Assembly: GCA_963923775.1 (NCBI GenBank)
Contig: CAWULX010000001.1
Span: 1 to 59,676 of the forward strand
Length of the DNA: 59,676 bases
Source of the DNA: an uncultured bacterium
GTDB lineage: Bacteria; Bacteroidota; Bacteroidia; Chitinophagales; Chitinophagaceae
Direction: 5' to 3'
Under the pieces are notes generated by a model. It did not search any database and was not told the DNA's origin. It saw nothing but the letters and a program-made list of their open reading frames with translations. Positions within the stretch are counted from its first letter, which is position 1; each line of letters starts with the position of its first letter. Both the position numbers and the translations under genes were made by a program. Shown here one piece after another: positions 37,964 to 48,280 of the stretch.

Positions 37964-38665
37964 CTAGAAGGTTTTTAATATACTTAAGGCAAATAATCCA
38001 GCAGTTTCTGTTCTTAATCTTGTTGGGCCTAATTCAATGGGCTGATAATTTTCCTGAATGGCCATTTCAATTTCTGACGGTGTAAAATCTCCTTCAGGTC
38101 CAATAGCGATTATTAAATCATTGCTATTAGGAAGTTCTTTGATTGATTTTTTCAAAGTAGGCTCACAATGTGCAATGTATTTATTGGAAGCATTGTATTG
38201 ATGAATAAAATCTTTGTAAGAAATTGGGTCTGATAAATGAGGCAGCCATGCTTGTTGGCTTTGAATCATAGCCGACTGAATGATATTCTTCATTCTATCG
38301 GTTTTGAATCTTTCATGTATGGTTCTTTCGCAAAGTAAAGGAACAATACAATGTACACCCATTTCGGTTGCTTTTTCAATAAGCCATTCTAATCGCACAG
38401 CGTTTTTTAAAATAGAAATACCTAAAACTAATTTTTGTGTAGGTGGCGCAATGATTATTTCTTTTACAATTTGAATGTTGGTGTTTTTTTTATGTGCTTC
38501 CAAGATGGTTGCTTCAAAAACTACCCCCATGCCATTGGTAATGGATAAGGCGTCTCCAGATTGCATGCGTAAAACTTGCGCACAATGTTTACTTGTTTCT
38601 TCGCTACAAGTATAATTTGTAGCACCTGTGGAAATTTGAGGTTCGTAAAAATAGGGTGCAGACAT
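37964..38665 (-). CDS. rsmE: 16S rRNA m3U1498 methyltransferase
   Basis: KHCAQVLRM, EKATEMGV, IGPEGDF, LGPTRLRTETAG. Confidence 0.94.
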   Translation of the reverse strand: MSAPYFYEPQISTGATNYTCSEETSKHCAQVLRMQSGDALSITNGMGVVFEATILEAHKKNTNIQIVKEIIIAPPTQKLVLGISILKNAVRLEWLIEKATEMGVHCIVPLLCERTIHERFKTDRMKNIIQSAMIQSQQAWLPHLSDPISYKDFIHQYNASNKYIAHCEPTLKKSIKELPNSNDLIIAIGPEGDFTPSEIEMAIQENYQPIELGPTRLRTETAGLFALSILKTF

Positions 38666-38677
38666 CTGGAGTACAAA

Positions 38678-40255
38678 TTAAAATGGTGAAGCATCATCGT
38701 CAATGCCATCATCAAAAGATCCTCCATTCATTTTACTTCCTTGAATAAAAAATCTTCCTCCATCATTATTTCCGCCACCAAGTCCTGGAGTAATAGGTTT
38801 GTAATTGCTTCCTAATCCTGGAATACCACCGCCAGCTTCACCATCCCAGTCTTCAAATCTTTGAATATCTAGTCTTGCTCTTAATTTAATAATATCCAAA
38901 GATCCATTTCTATGCTTGGCAATTCTAATATGAGTTTCACCTTGAGTGCTTTCGCCCATTTCATTGCTCATCACTTCGTAGTATTCTGGTCTATATATAA
39001 ACATAACCATATCAGCATCTTGTTCGATCGCTCCAGATTCACGTAAGTCACTCAATTGAGGCATTTTACTTTCTTTTCGAGTTTCTACAGCACGACTCAA
39101 TTGAGATAATGCGATAATGGGAATTTGTAATTCTTTGGCTAATGCCTTCAAGCTTCTTGAGATATTACTGATTTCCTGCTCTCTATTTGTATTTCTATCT
39201 CCAGTACCACTCATTAATTGTAAGTAGTCAATGATAATTATTTTAACCTGGTGTTTATTTACCAGTCTTCTTGCCTTAGCTCTAAATTCAAAAATATTCA
39301 AGGCAGCAGTATCGTCAATATAAATAGGTGCGGTTTCAAGTTTTTTAATACCCTTACTGTGCAACTGTTGGTATTCGTGTTCTTCTAATTTACCTCTAGA
39401 AATTTTTTCCATTTTAATTTCACTCTCTGCACTCAAAATTCTTTGTACTAGTTGAGCTGCACTCATCTCCAAACTGAAAAATCCAACAGCCTGAGGTTTG
39501 GTAGGATGTAAAGCTGCATTTCTAGCAAGGTTTAAGGCAAAAGCAGTTTTACCTACTGAAGGTCTTGCAGCTAAAATAATTAAATCGGTAGGTTGCCATC
39601 CGAAAGTGATTCTATCTAAACTGGTGAATCCGCTAGGTACTCCAGAAATCTCATCTTTTTGTTTTCTTAATTCATCAATTCTATTGACTGCAGTTGCCAA
39701 TGCATCACCAATATCAACGAAATTCTTTTTTAGATAATTATTAGTGATGTTAAACATCTTAGTTTCACTATCATCTAATAAATCAAAAACATCAGTGCTG
39801 TCTTCATATGCATTAGATATAACTTCGCCACTAATTCTGATTAATTCTCTTTGAATAAATTTTTGTAGCACAATTCTTGCATGCGCTTCGATGTTTGCTG
39901 TTGAAACAACAACATTGGTTAATTTAGAAATATAATAAGCGCCTCCTATTAAATCCAGTTGCTCTCTTTTTTTCAAAGCCTCCACCACCGTCAACATATC
40001 AATGGGTTGGTTATCCAATTGCAATTGTTGCATGGTTTGGAAAATCATTTGATGCGCTTCTACATAAAAACATTCAGGTTTTAAAACCTCAGTTACCGTG
40101 TCAAATGCACTTTTCTCTAAAAGAATCGCACCTAAGACCGCCTCTTCTAATTCTCTAGCCTGAGGGGGGATTTTACCATACAACATGGTACTAATATCAG
40201 CTGAAGGACTTTTCTTTCTTATAGATCTGTTGGTATTTAAATTCGGGAGCGGCAT
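38678..40255 (-). CDS. dnaB: Replicative DNA helicase
   Basis: PPQA.ELEEAVLG, AARPSVGKT, FSLEM, IDYLQLM, SQLSR, DLRESGAIEQDAD, IAKHRNG. Confidence 0.97.
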   Translation of the reverse strand: MPLPNLNTNRSIRKKSPSADISTMLYGKIPPQARELEEAVLGAILLEKSAFDTVTEVLKPECFYVEAHQMIFQTMQQLQLDNQPIDMLTVVEALKKREQLDLIGGAYYISKLTNVVVSTANIEAHARIVLQKFIQRELIRISGEVISNAYEDSTDVFDLLDDSETKMFNITNNYLKKNFVDIGDALATAVNRIDELRKQKDEISGVPSGFTSLDRITFGWQPTDLIILAARPSVGKTAFALNLARNAALHPTKPQAVGFFSLEMSAAQLVQRILSAESEIKMEKISRGKLEEHEYQQLHSKGIKKLETAPIYIDDTAALNIFEFRAKARRLVNKHQVKIIIIDYLQLMSGTGDRNTNREQEISNISRSLKALAKELQIPIIALSQLSRAVETRKESKMPQLSDLRESGAIEQDADMVMFIYRPEYYEVMSNEMGESTQGETHIRIAKHRNGSLDIIKLRARLDIQRFEDWDGEAGGGIPGLGSNYKPITPGLGGGNNDGGRFFIQGSKMNGGSFDDGIDDDASPF

Positions 40256-40445
40256 AACGGGTTCACTGTTTTCTTATTGCGAATTTAACCCAGCAAACTT
40301 AGACTTCCTTGTTTTGTTGTAAATGTTGTTTTTCACAGTGAAGCTCCGATAGTAATTCACAGTGATTTTGGACTTATTAACAGGTATTGCACCTTTTTTT
40401 AGGCTAAAATTTAGTATTTTTGAAGCCTTACTTTAAAGCGATAAC

Positions 40446-42851
40446 ATGACCATTAGTTACCATTGGCTGAGTGAATACTTACCGCAAACCATTAGTCCAG
40501 AAAATCTGTCAACTATATTAACTTCTATTGGCTTGGAAGTAGAGTCTTTGGAGAAATATGAAAATTTTAAAGGAGGTCTTGCTGGATTATTAGTGGGAGA
40601 GGTATTAGAAACAGTTCAACATCCCAATGCAGATAAATTAAAATTAACCAAGGTAAATATTGGAACAGATAAACCATTGAATATAGTTTGTGGTGCTTCG
40701 AATGTAGCAGCTGGACAAAAAGTAGTGGTAGCAACCATTGGTACAACTATCTATCCAAAAAATGGTGCTCCATTAACCATGAAACTAGCAAAGATTAGAG
40801 GGGAAGCATCAGAGGGAATGATTTGCGCAGAAGATGAAATTGGATTAAGTGATAATCATGATGGCATAATGATTTTAGACAATGCGATTGCTGTGGGTAC
40901 TCCAGTAGCAAGCTTGTTCGATTATTATGAAGATTGGATTTATGAAATTGGGTTAACGCCCAATAGAATGGATGCCATGAGTCATTTTGGTGTTGCTAAG
41001 GATGTTTGTGCTTATTTATCTTATCATGAATCACCAGTAAGTGCCAAAAGCCCTTATAACAAGTCATTGACTATTGATCAAGCTGTTCCAACGTATAAAG
41101 TGACAATTGAAGATCAACAAGCTTGTTCAAGATATGCAGGAGTGGTGATTGAAGGAGTTCAAGTGAAAGCATCTCCAACATGGTTAAAAAATAAATTACA
41201 ATCTATTGGATTAAGATCTATTAATAATATTGTAGATATCACTAATTATATTTTACATGAAACAGGTCAGCCATTGCATGCATTTGATGCATCAGTAATC
41301 AAAGACCAACATGTTATTGTAAAGAAATATCCGGCAGGAACAAGCTTTGTTTGTTTAGATGGAACAGAGAGAAAATTAACTGCTTCAGATTTAATGATCA
41401 GTGATGCGGAAAAGCCAATGTGTATTGCAGGAGTTTTCGGAGGATTGAATAGTGGTGTAAAAGATGCCACTACTTCTATTTTCTTGGAGAGTGCTTGGTT
41501 TAATAATGTAAGTATTCGTAAAACATCTATTCACCATGGTTTAAGAACAGATGCAGCAACACGTTTTGAAAAAGGAGTTGATATTGATAGTACTGTTAAA
41601 GTATTAGAAAGAGCTGCTTTAATGATTCAAGAAATCGCAGGTGGTAAAATTGGAAAGGTAGTAGATGTCTATCCTAATCCTGCTAACAAAACCAAAGTGG
41701 TATTGCCTTTGGCTTACTTGAAAAAGCTAAGTGGCAAGCAATACTCTACTGAAAAAGTAATCACTATATTAAAAAGCTTAGGTTTCGAATTGATCAATCA
41801 AACTTCGGATAGCATTGAAGTTGCTGTGCCTTACCATAAGCCAGATATTAGTTTACCTGCAGATATTGTAGAAGAAGTATTGAGAATTGACGGCTTAGAT
41901 AATATTGCTATTCCAAGTGTGATTACTATGAGTCCATCGATTGATCCTTTAGAGCAAAAAGAAAAATTCAAAGATAAAATTGCACAATATTTAGTGGGAA
42001 AAGGATTCACAGAAATTCTTACGAACTCAATTACGAATAGTAAATATTTCTCTGAAGAAAGTTTGCAACATGCAGTAAAGATGTTGAATAATTTAAGTGC
42101 AGATTTAGATGTGATGAGACCTTCTATGTTGGAGACAGGGTTAGAGGCGGTGGCTTATAATATTAATAGAAAAAACCAACAGATCTCTTTTTTTGAAATG
42201 GGCAAAGTGTATTCTGTAACAGCTGCGGGTGCATATCAAGAAGGAGAACAATTAGCTATTTATCTTTCTGGAAAACAACACGAAGATGGATGGAGAGAAA
42301 AAGCTGTTACACAAGATTTCTTTGTGGCTAAAGGAATTGCTGAAGCGATCTTAAGTATTATAGGAATTGAAGAAATTAGTTATCAAACCAAGGGTCAGTC
42401 AGTTCAAGTAATGCATCAAAAGAAAATCTTAGGTACTATAGAAGTAGTAAGTAGTAAAAAATTACAAGCTTTTGATATCAAGCAGGCGGTTGTATATATT
42501 CAATTTGATCTAGCTGTTTTATTAGAACAATATCAACAACATAAAGTGGTATACCAAGAGGTATCTAAGTATCCTTCTGTAGAAAGAGACTTAGCATTGG
42601 TATTGCCTCAAGCAATTACTTATGAAGCCATTGAAGCATGTATTAAAGCAGCTCAATTAACGGCTTTATCTACCACAAGAGTATTTGATGTATTTGAAAG
42701 TGATAAATTAGGCCATCAGAAAAAATCAGTGGCTATTAATTTTGTTTTCAATGCAACTGATAAAACCTTGACAGATACCGAAATAGACGGCATGATGAAA
42801 AAATTAGTGGGTCAGTTTGAGAAAAATATTCAAGCTGAAATCAGAAAATAA
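40446..42851 (+). CDS. pheT: Phenylalanine-tRNA ligase beta subunit
   Basis: HPNADKL, IVCGA.NV, LTPNRMD, NNIVDITNY, RFEKG, FDX-ACB tail (VERDLA). Confidence 0.97.
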   Translation: MTISYHWLSEYLPQTISPENLSTILTSIGLEVESLEKYENFKGGLAGLLVGEVLETVQHPNADKLKLTKVNIGTDKPLNIVCGASNVAAGQKVVVATIGTTIYPKNGAPLTMKLAKIRGEASEGMICAEDEIGLSDNHDGIMILDNAIAVGTPVASLFDYYEDWIYEIGLTPNRMDAMSHFGVAKDVCAYLSYHESPVSAKSPYNKSLTIDQAVPTYKVTIEDQQACSRYAGVVIEGVQVKASPTWLKNKLQSIGLRSINNIVDITNYILHETGQPLHAFDASVIKDQHVIVKKYPAGTSFVCLDGTERKLTASDLMISDAEKPMCIAGVFGGLNSGVKDATTSIFLESAWFNNVSIRKTSIHHGLRTDAATRFEKGVDIDSTVKVLERAALMIQEIAGGKIGKVVDVYPNPANKTKVVLPLAYLKKLSGKQYSTEKVITILKSLGFELINQTSDSIEVAVPYHKPDISLPADIVEEVLRIDGLDNIAIPSVITMSPSIDPLEQKEKFKDKIAQYLVGKGFTEILTNSITNSKYFSEESLQHAVKMLNNLSADLDVMRPSMLETGLEAVAYNINRKNQQISFFEMGKVYSVTAAGAYQEGEQLAIYLSGKQHEDGWREKAVTQDFFVAKGIAEAILSIIGIEEISYQTKGQSVQVMHQKKILGTIEVVSSKKLQAFDIKQAVVYIQFDLAVLLEQYQQHKVVYQEVSKYPSVERDLALVLPQAITYEAIEACIKAAQLTALSTTRVFDVFESDKLGHQKKSVAINFVFNATDKTLTDTEIDGMMKKLVGQFEKNIQAEIRK

Positions 42852-42866
42852 TCTCAATTTTACTGC

Positions 42867-43154
42867 ATGATTCATTTGCAAACATCTTTACAAGGGCTTC
42901 AAGAAAAACTTCAGGTTTTATTGAAAAACTATGCTGCACTTGAAAAAGAAAACCAGCAATTAAAAAACAAGATGGTGCAGATGGAGCAGCAGGATCAACA
43001 AATGTCTGCACAATTAAAGGATGTAGAAACCAAATTAGCAGCTGCAAGTTTGCGTCAAACTAATATGGATCCTGCAGATAAAGCAAAATTGATGAAGCAG
43101 ATAGATCAATACATTAAAGAAATTGATCATTCGATTCAAAATCTTAATCCTTAA
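42867..43154 (+). CDS. Coiled-coil hypothetical protein (ZapB-like position)
   Basis: Heptad-rich 95 aa ending IDQYIKEID.SIQNL, between pheT and zapA. Confidence 0.7.
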   Translation: MIHLQTSLQGLQEKLQVLLKNYAALEKENQQLKNKMVQMEQQDQQMSAQLKDVETKLAAASLRQTNMDPADKAKLMKQIDQYIKEIDHSIQNLNP

Positions 43155-43165
43155 TTCATCAGAGT

Positions 43166-43468
43166 ATGTCCAGCCAAGAAGAAATGATTCCGGTGAACAT
43201 CACCATTGCGGATAGAACTTATAGGGTTAAGGTTGCCCCAAAAGATGAAGAAGCAGTGAGAAAAACAGCTGCTATTATCAACCAAAAAATGGTAGAATTT
43301 AAGGGGTCTTATGCCGGGAAAGACATGCAAGACTATATCTCAATGGTCCTTTTATGGTTTGCCACTGAGCAACAGCAGTCTGGACAAAATCTATATGAGC
43401 TAGAAAACGTTCAAAATCAAATAGAAACGTTAAAAAATAGCATTGAAAAGGCCATTTCTGGCACTTAA
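43166..43468 (+). CDS. zapA: Cell division protein ZapA
   Basis: VNITIADRTYRV, DEEAVRKTA, KDMQD; pheT-X-zapA-rny context. Confidence 0.85.
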   Translation: MSSQEEMIPVNITIADRTYRVKVAPKDEEAVRKTAAIINQKMVEFKGSYAGKDMQDYISMVLLWFATEQQQSGQNLYELENVQNQIETLKNSIEKAISGT

Positions 43469-43565
43469 TCCCTTTCGCTTTACCAATTTGATTATTAATT
43501 GATTATCTTCGTTCCCGTCACGAAAAGGGGCAGTATGTATTTTTTTAAACATCAAGACTTTAACA

Positions 43566-45131
43566 ATGGACCAAACCATATTATTTATCATCATAGGAGC
43601 ATCCTCATTAGCAGGTGGTCTCATTCTGGGCAAGTTGGTTTTTGCCAGAAATACTAAGAAGCAGGTAGAAGAAGCAGAATCTCAAGCAGCCAATATTTTA
43701 AAAGAGGCTGAACTAAGAGCTGAAACTATTAAAAAAGAAAAGCAATTAGAAGCCAAAGAACGTTTTGTTCAATTAAAAGCCGATCACGAAAAAGAAATCT
43801 TAGAACGCAACAAGAAAATTGGTGAAGCGGAGAATCGCATTAAGCAAAACGAGCTGAATATTAATCAGAAGACTGTTGCATTAGAAAAGCAAATCAAAGA
43901 GAACGATGTCATCAAAGAAAAATTGAATCGTGAAATTGATATTGTTAATTTGAAGCGTACAGAATTAGAAAAACACCAAGAAGAGCATATTCGCCGATTG
44001 GAAAAAATTGCCAATTTAAGTGCTGAAGATGCAAAGCAACAATTAATCGAAAGTTTAAAGAACGAGGCGCAAAGTCAAGCCCTTGCCCTGCAACAGGATA
44101 TCATTGAAGAAGCTAAACAAAAAGCCAATAAAGAAGCTCGTAAGATTATCATCCAATCTATTCAAAGAACTGCAGCCGAAGTAGCTATTGAAAATACTGT
44201 CACAGTATTTAATTTAGAATCTGATGAGATGAAGGGTCAGATCATTGGTAGAGAGGGTAGAAATATCCGTGCTATTGAAGCAGCTACTGGTGTTGACTTA
44301 ATTGTGGATGATACTCCTGAGGCAATTCTATTATCTTCTTTTGATCCATTGCGTCGTGAGATCGCAAGATTGAGTTTGCAAAGATTGGTGGCTGATGGAC
44401 GTATTCACCCAGCAAGAATTGAAGAAGTGGTAGAGAAAACTAGAAGACAATTAGAAGAACAAATTGCAGAGATTGGTGAGAGAACAGTGATTGAATTAGG
44501 TATTCATGGTTTACATAAAGAATTGATCAGAATTATTGGTAAAATGAGATTCAGATCTTCTTATGGTCAAAACTTATTAATGCACTCTAGAGAAACTGCT
44601 AATTTATGTGGTATTATGGCGGCAGAATTAGGCTTGAATCCTAAATTGGCTAAGCGAGCAGGACTTTTACACGATATTGGTAAAGTGCCTGATGAAGAAA
44701 CAGAATTAAGTCACGCATTATTAGGGGCTAAATTGGCTGAAAAATATGGTGAGAACCCAGCAGTAGTGAATGCGATTGGGGCCCACCACGACGAAATGGA
44801 AATGCAATATGTAATTTCTCCTATTATCCAGGCTTGTGACGCTATCAGTGGTGCAAGACCAGGTGCCAGAAGGGAGATTATGCAACAATATATTCAGAGA
44901 ATCAAGGATTTAGAGAATTTGGCAATGAATTACCAAGGGGTAGAAAAAGCCTATGCTATTCAAGCTGGAAGGGAATTGAGGGTAATTGTAGAAGCAGAAA
45001 AAGTAACAGATCAGACTTCTGATCAGTTAAGCTTTGAAATTGCTCAGAAAATTCAGACTGAAATGACCTATCCTGGACAGATTAAAGTGACTGTTATCCG
45101 CGAAAAACGCGCTGTAAACATCGCTAGATAG
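43566..45131 (+). CDS. rny: Ribonuclease Y
   Basis: TM anchor, coiled coil, KH ([13 protein letters not shown]), HD (LLHDIGK), [11 protein letters not shown]. Confidence 0.97.
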   Translation: MDQTILFIIIGASSLAGGLILGKLVFARNTKKQVEEAESQAANILKEAELRAETIKKEKQLEAKERFVQLKADHEKEILERNKKIGEAENRIKQNELNINQKTVALEKQIKENDVIKEKLNREIDIVNLKRTELEKHQEEHIRRLEKIANLSAEDAKQQLIESLKNEAQSQALALQQDIIEEAKQKANKEARKIIIQSIQRTAAEVAIENTVTVFNLESDEMKGQIIGREGRNIRAIEAATGVDLIVDDTPEAILLSSFDPLRREIARLSLQRLVADGRIHPARIEEVVEKTRRQLEEQIAEIGERTVIELGIHGLHKELIRIIGKMRFRSSYGQNLLMHSRETANLCGIMAAELGLNPKLAKRAGLLHDIGKVPDEETELSHALLGAKLAEKYGENPAVVNAIGAHHDEMEMQYVISPIIQACDAISGARPGARREIMQQYIQRIKDLENLAMNYQGVEKAYAIQAGRELRVIVEAEKVTDQTSDQLSFEIAQKIQTEMTYPGQIKVTVIREKRAVNIAR

Positions 45132-45233
45132 CCTAAAAATGCCTCCAAAGGCCCTGAATTTAATATTTGGATCAAATAATTTGGATAATAGCAAGGGTAA
45201 CCCTACCTTTGCCGTCCGCAAAAAACATGAATT

Positions 45234-45584
45234 ATGAGCGCAGCAGTAAAGTTTGTACACGAGCAATTAACAGCAAAAAAAGAGTATCCGGCTTTTAAAG
45301 CTGGTGATAATATTACCGTAAACTACAAGATTGTAGAGGGTGGTAAAGAGCGTATCCAGTCATTCCGTGGTGATGTAATCAAATCTCAAGGAAATGGCGC
45401 TACAGCATCTTTCACAGTTCGTAAAATCTCTGATGGTGTAGGGGTAGAGCGTTTGTTCCCTTTCTTATCTCCAAACATTGATTCAATCGTATTGAATAAG
45501 TCTGGTAAAGTACGTCGTGCTAAATTATACTACTTAAGAGACAGAAGTGGTAAGAGTGCTCGTATTAAAGAAAAAAGATTCTAA
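45234..45584 (+). CDS. rplS: 50S ribosomal protein L19
   Basis: [35 protein letters not shown]; TACCTTTG promoter upstream. Confidence 0.97.
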   Translation: MSAAVKFVHEQLTAKKEYPAFKAGDNITVNYKIVEGGKERIQSFRGDVIKSQGNGATASFTVRKISDGVGVERLFPFLSPNIDSIVLNKSGKVRRAKLYYLRDRSGKSARIKEKRF

Positions 45585-45605
45585 TATTTTAACTTATTAT
45601 ATAGT

Positions 45606-45634
45606 AAAGCAGCCCTTTTGGGCTGCTTTTTTTT
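45606..45634 (+). terminator. Intrinsic terminator
   Basis: AAAGCAGCCC-TTTT-GGGCTGCTTTTTTTT. Confidence 0.9.
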
Positions 45635-45684
45635 GTCTTTTAATTACCGATTTACCGTACCTTTAATATTCTAAATTTAATATC

Positions 45685-45873
45685 ATGGGCAACTTAGGAT
45701 TTCAAGAATTATTAATTATTGGTGTTGTTATTTTAGTAATGTTCGGTGGAAGAAAAATACCTGAATTTATGAAAGGATTAGGAAAGGGTATTCGTGAATT
45801 CAACGATGCTAAAAATAATGTGAAAAAAGAAATCGAAGACGGCATTAAAGAGAAGGACGAAAAGTCTGCATAA
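45685..45873 (+). CDS. tatA: Twin-arginine translocase subunit TatA/E
   Basis: TM helix then FGGRKIPEFMKGLGKGIREF. Confidence 0.93.
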   Translation: MGNLGFQELLIIGVVILVMFGGRKIPEFMKGLGKGIREFNDAKNNVKKEIEDGIKEKDEKSA

Positions 45874-45884
45874 ATTCTTAGGCT

Positions 45885-47315
45885 TTGTTTCGTTTTACAA
45901 ACATCAATGAATACCAAGCTGCACTATTAGCTGGTGAACAAACCTGTACCCAAGCGGTACAATATTATCTAAATCAAATTGAAAAGCATCAAGCTTTAAA
46001 TGCTTACTTAGAAGTATATGCTGAGGAAGCCCTCTTGCGCGCAAAAGAATTAGATAATAGAGTAGTTCAAAAAAACTTGGTGGGCAAATTGCATGGAGTA
46101 GTGATTGGTATAAAAGATGTGCTTTGTTATAAAGACCATAAAGTAAGTGCTGCATCCAAAATCTTAGAAAATTATACTGCTGTATATTCAGCAACCGCTA
46201 TCGAAAAATTAGTAGCAGAAGGAGCCATCATTATTGGTCGTCAAAACTGTGATGAATTTGCGATGGGTAGTAGTAACGAAAATTCAGCATTTGGTCCAGT
46301 GAAGAATGCATTGAACACTTCCTTGGTTCCTGGTGGTTCCTCTGGTGGATCTGCCGTTGCAGTGCAAGCAGGTTTATGTATGGTGAGTTTGGGGTCTGAT
46401 ACTGGAGGCTCTGTAAGACAACCTGCAGATTTCTGTGGCGTAGTTGGATTAAAGCCTAGTTATGGAATGATTTCAAGATATGGTTTAATCGCTTATGCAT
46501 CTTCATTTGATCAGATAGGTATATTCTCTAGCAATATTGATGATGCTGCATTGGTATTAGAAGTGATTGCTGGAGCGGATAATTTTGATAGTACCGTATC
46601 AGAAAAACCAGTTCCTGATTTTTCAAAAACCATACACACCAATAATCCACCTAAGAAGATAGCTTATTTTAAAGAGACATTAACCCATCCTGGTTTAGAT
46701 ATAGAAATCAAAACCCAGATGGAGACTTATATAAAAGAATTAGAAGGGAAAGGTTATATTGTAGAAGCTTTGGATTTTTCTTTATTGTCTTATTTAGTAC
46801 CTACCTATTATGTTCTAACCACTGCAGAAGCAAGTAGTAATTTATCTAGATTTGATGGTATCCGTTTTGGTCATAGAACTTCTCAACCTTTGGATGACTT
46901 AACCGAATTGTATAAGCTAAGTAGAACAGAAGGTTTTGGAGAAGAAGTACAAAGAAGAATTTTATTAGGCAGTTTTGTGTTGAGTGCTGGTTATTTTGAT
47001 GCTTATTTTACAAAAGCACAACAGGTAAGACAAAAATTAGTAGAGCTAACCAATCGTTTATTTAGTGAATATGATTTACTCATTTCACCTACTGTTCCAT
47101 CAACAGCTTTTGAAATAGGAAAGCATCAGCATTCTGCAACTGAAATGTTCTTAGCAGATATTTATACAGTGTACGCAAACCTAGTAGGAATTCCTGCTAT
47201 TTCCATTCCCTTATTCAAGCATAGTAATGGAATGCCATTTGGCTTACAAGTTATGAGCCAATCATTTAATGAAACTGCACTATTGCAATTTTCAAAGAAA
47301 ATGATGATTGTATAA
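45885..47315 (+). CDS. gatA: Asp/Glu-tRNA amidotransferase subunit A
   Basis: IKD, DEFAMGSS, GGSSGGSA, SDTGGSVRQPA, EASSNLSRFDGIRFG, RRILLG; TTG start. Confidence 0.94.
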   Translation: MFRFTNINEYQAALLAGEQTCTQAVQYYLNQIEKHQALNAYLEVYAEEALLRAKELDNRVVQKNLVGKLHGVVIGIKDVLCYKDHKVSAASKILENYTAVYSATAIEKLVAEGAIIIGRQNCDEFAMGSSNENSAFGPVKNALNTSLVPGGSSGGSAVAVQAGLCMVSLGSDTGGSVRQPADFCGVVGLKPSYGMISRYGLIAYASSFDQIGIFSSNIDDAALVLEVIAGADNFDSTVSEKPVPDFSKTIHTNNPPKKIAYFKETLTHPGLDIEIKTQMETYIKELEGKGYIVEALDFSLLSYLVPTYYVLTTAEASSNLSRFDGIRFGHRTSQPLDDLTELYKLSRTEGFGEEVQRRILLGSFVLSAGYFDAYFTKAQQVRQKLVELTNRLFSEYDLLISPTVPSTAFEIGKHQHSATEMFLADIYTVYANLVGIPAISIPLFKHSNGMPFGLQVMSQSFNETALLQFSKKMMIV

Positions 47316-48280
47316 TGAAATTCTTAAGATTTTTTTTACCAAGCTTTTTATTCTTCAGTGTAATTAGTTTTACAAATTATGCTCAAGATACTTCTACAGA
47401 TAGAGTAGGATTTTCAAGTTTATTTAAGGTAGTGCAAGTAGATACTCAAAATGAGAATTTTCAATATCAGTTAAATCCTAAGGCAGTTAGTTTTATACAA
47501 TCCTATATGGAAAAGCAAGGACCTGCTTTGCAGAAAATGAAGACCTGGGCAAAGCCTTATTTTAATTTATATGATCAAATATTAATAGCCAATGGAGTCC
47601 CTGTAACCCTTAAGTATTTAAGTGTTATTGAAAGTAGTTTAAATGCTGGAGTGGTTTCATGGGCTGGTGCAGTGGGTCCTTGGCAAATTATGCCGGAAGA
47701 AGCAAAACGCTTAGGTTTGAAATTAATACCAGTAGACGAAAGAATGGATTATGAAAAAAGCACTAAAGCTGCAGCCACTATTTTAAGAGAGTCTTTTGCA
47801 GAATTTGGAGATTGGTTACTGGTAGTTGCAGCTTATAATGGTGGTGCGGGAAGAGTTAGACAGGCGATAAAGAAAAAAGGGGCAAAAGATTTTTGGTCAA
47901 TACAGTATGAATTACCCTTGGAGACAAGAAATCATGTTAAAAAATTTATAGCCACTCAGTATATTTTTGAAAACGATCATTACGAGGCAATTGATTTTAA
48001 TGAGGGACTGAGTAAAACAAATGCAACTCAAAACATAGCTAGTTCAATCGCTTTTGACAGTACTGTAATTAGCGGTAGATATACATTAAAAAGCATTGCT
48101 AAAATCTTGGAGCTGGATTTAAAATTATTACAACAGTACAATCCTGGAATAGAAAAAATCTTGGCAACTGGCAAAACCTATGAGCTCAAATTGCCAAAGG
48201 GTAGACTGGAAAAATTTGAGGCCCGTAAAAATGATATTTTACAGGCCTCTTTGAATGCTTTATATTCTATTGACAATTAG
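47315..48280 (+). CDS. Lytic transglycosylase (MltD-like SLT domain)
   Basis: Signal peptide; VIES, GAVGPWQIM, VDER, AAYNGG, LPLETRNHV. Confidence 0.88.
   Translation: MKFLRFFLPSFLFFSVISFTNYAQDTSTDRVGFSSLFKVVQVDTQNENFQYQLNPKAVSFIQSYMEKQGPALQKMKTWAKPYFNLYDQILIANGVPVTLKYLSVIESSLNAGVVSWAGAVGPWQIMPEEAKRLGLKLIPVDERMDYEKSTKAAATILRESFAEFGDWLLVVAAYNGGAGRVRQAIKKKGAKDFWSIQYELPLETRNHVKKFIATQYIFENDHYEAIDFNEGLSKTNATQNIASSIAFDSTVISGRYTLKSIAKILELDLKLLQQYNPGIEKILATGKTYELKLPKGRLEKFEARKNDILQASLNALYSIDN

Noticed and set aside
43469-43565. 6S RNA downstream of zapA
   Set aside because: The gap is only 97 nt, lacks a long rod-like complementarity, and is explained by a -7-like TATCTTCG promoter and the rny leader.
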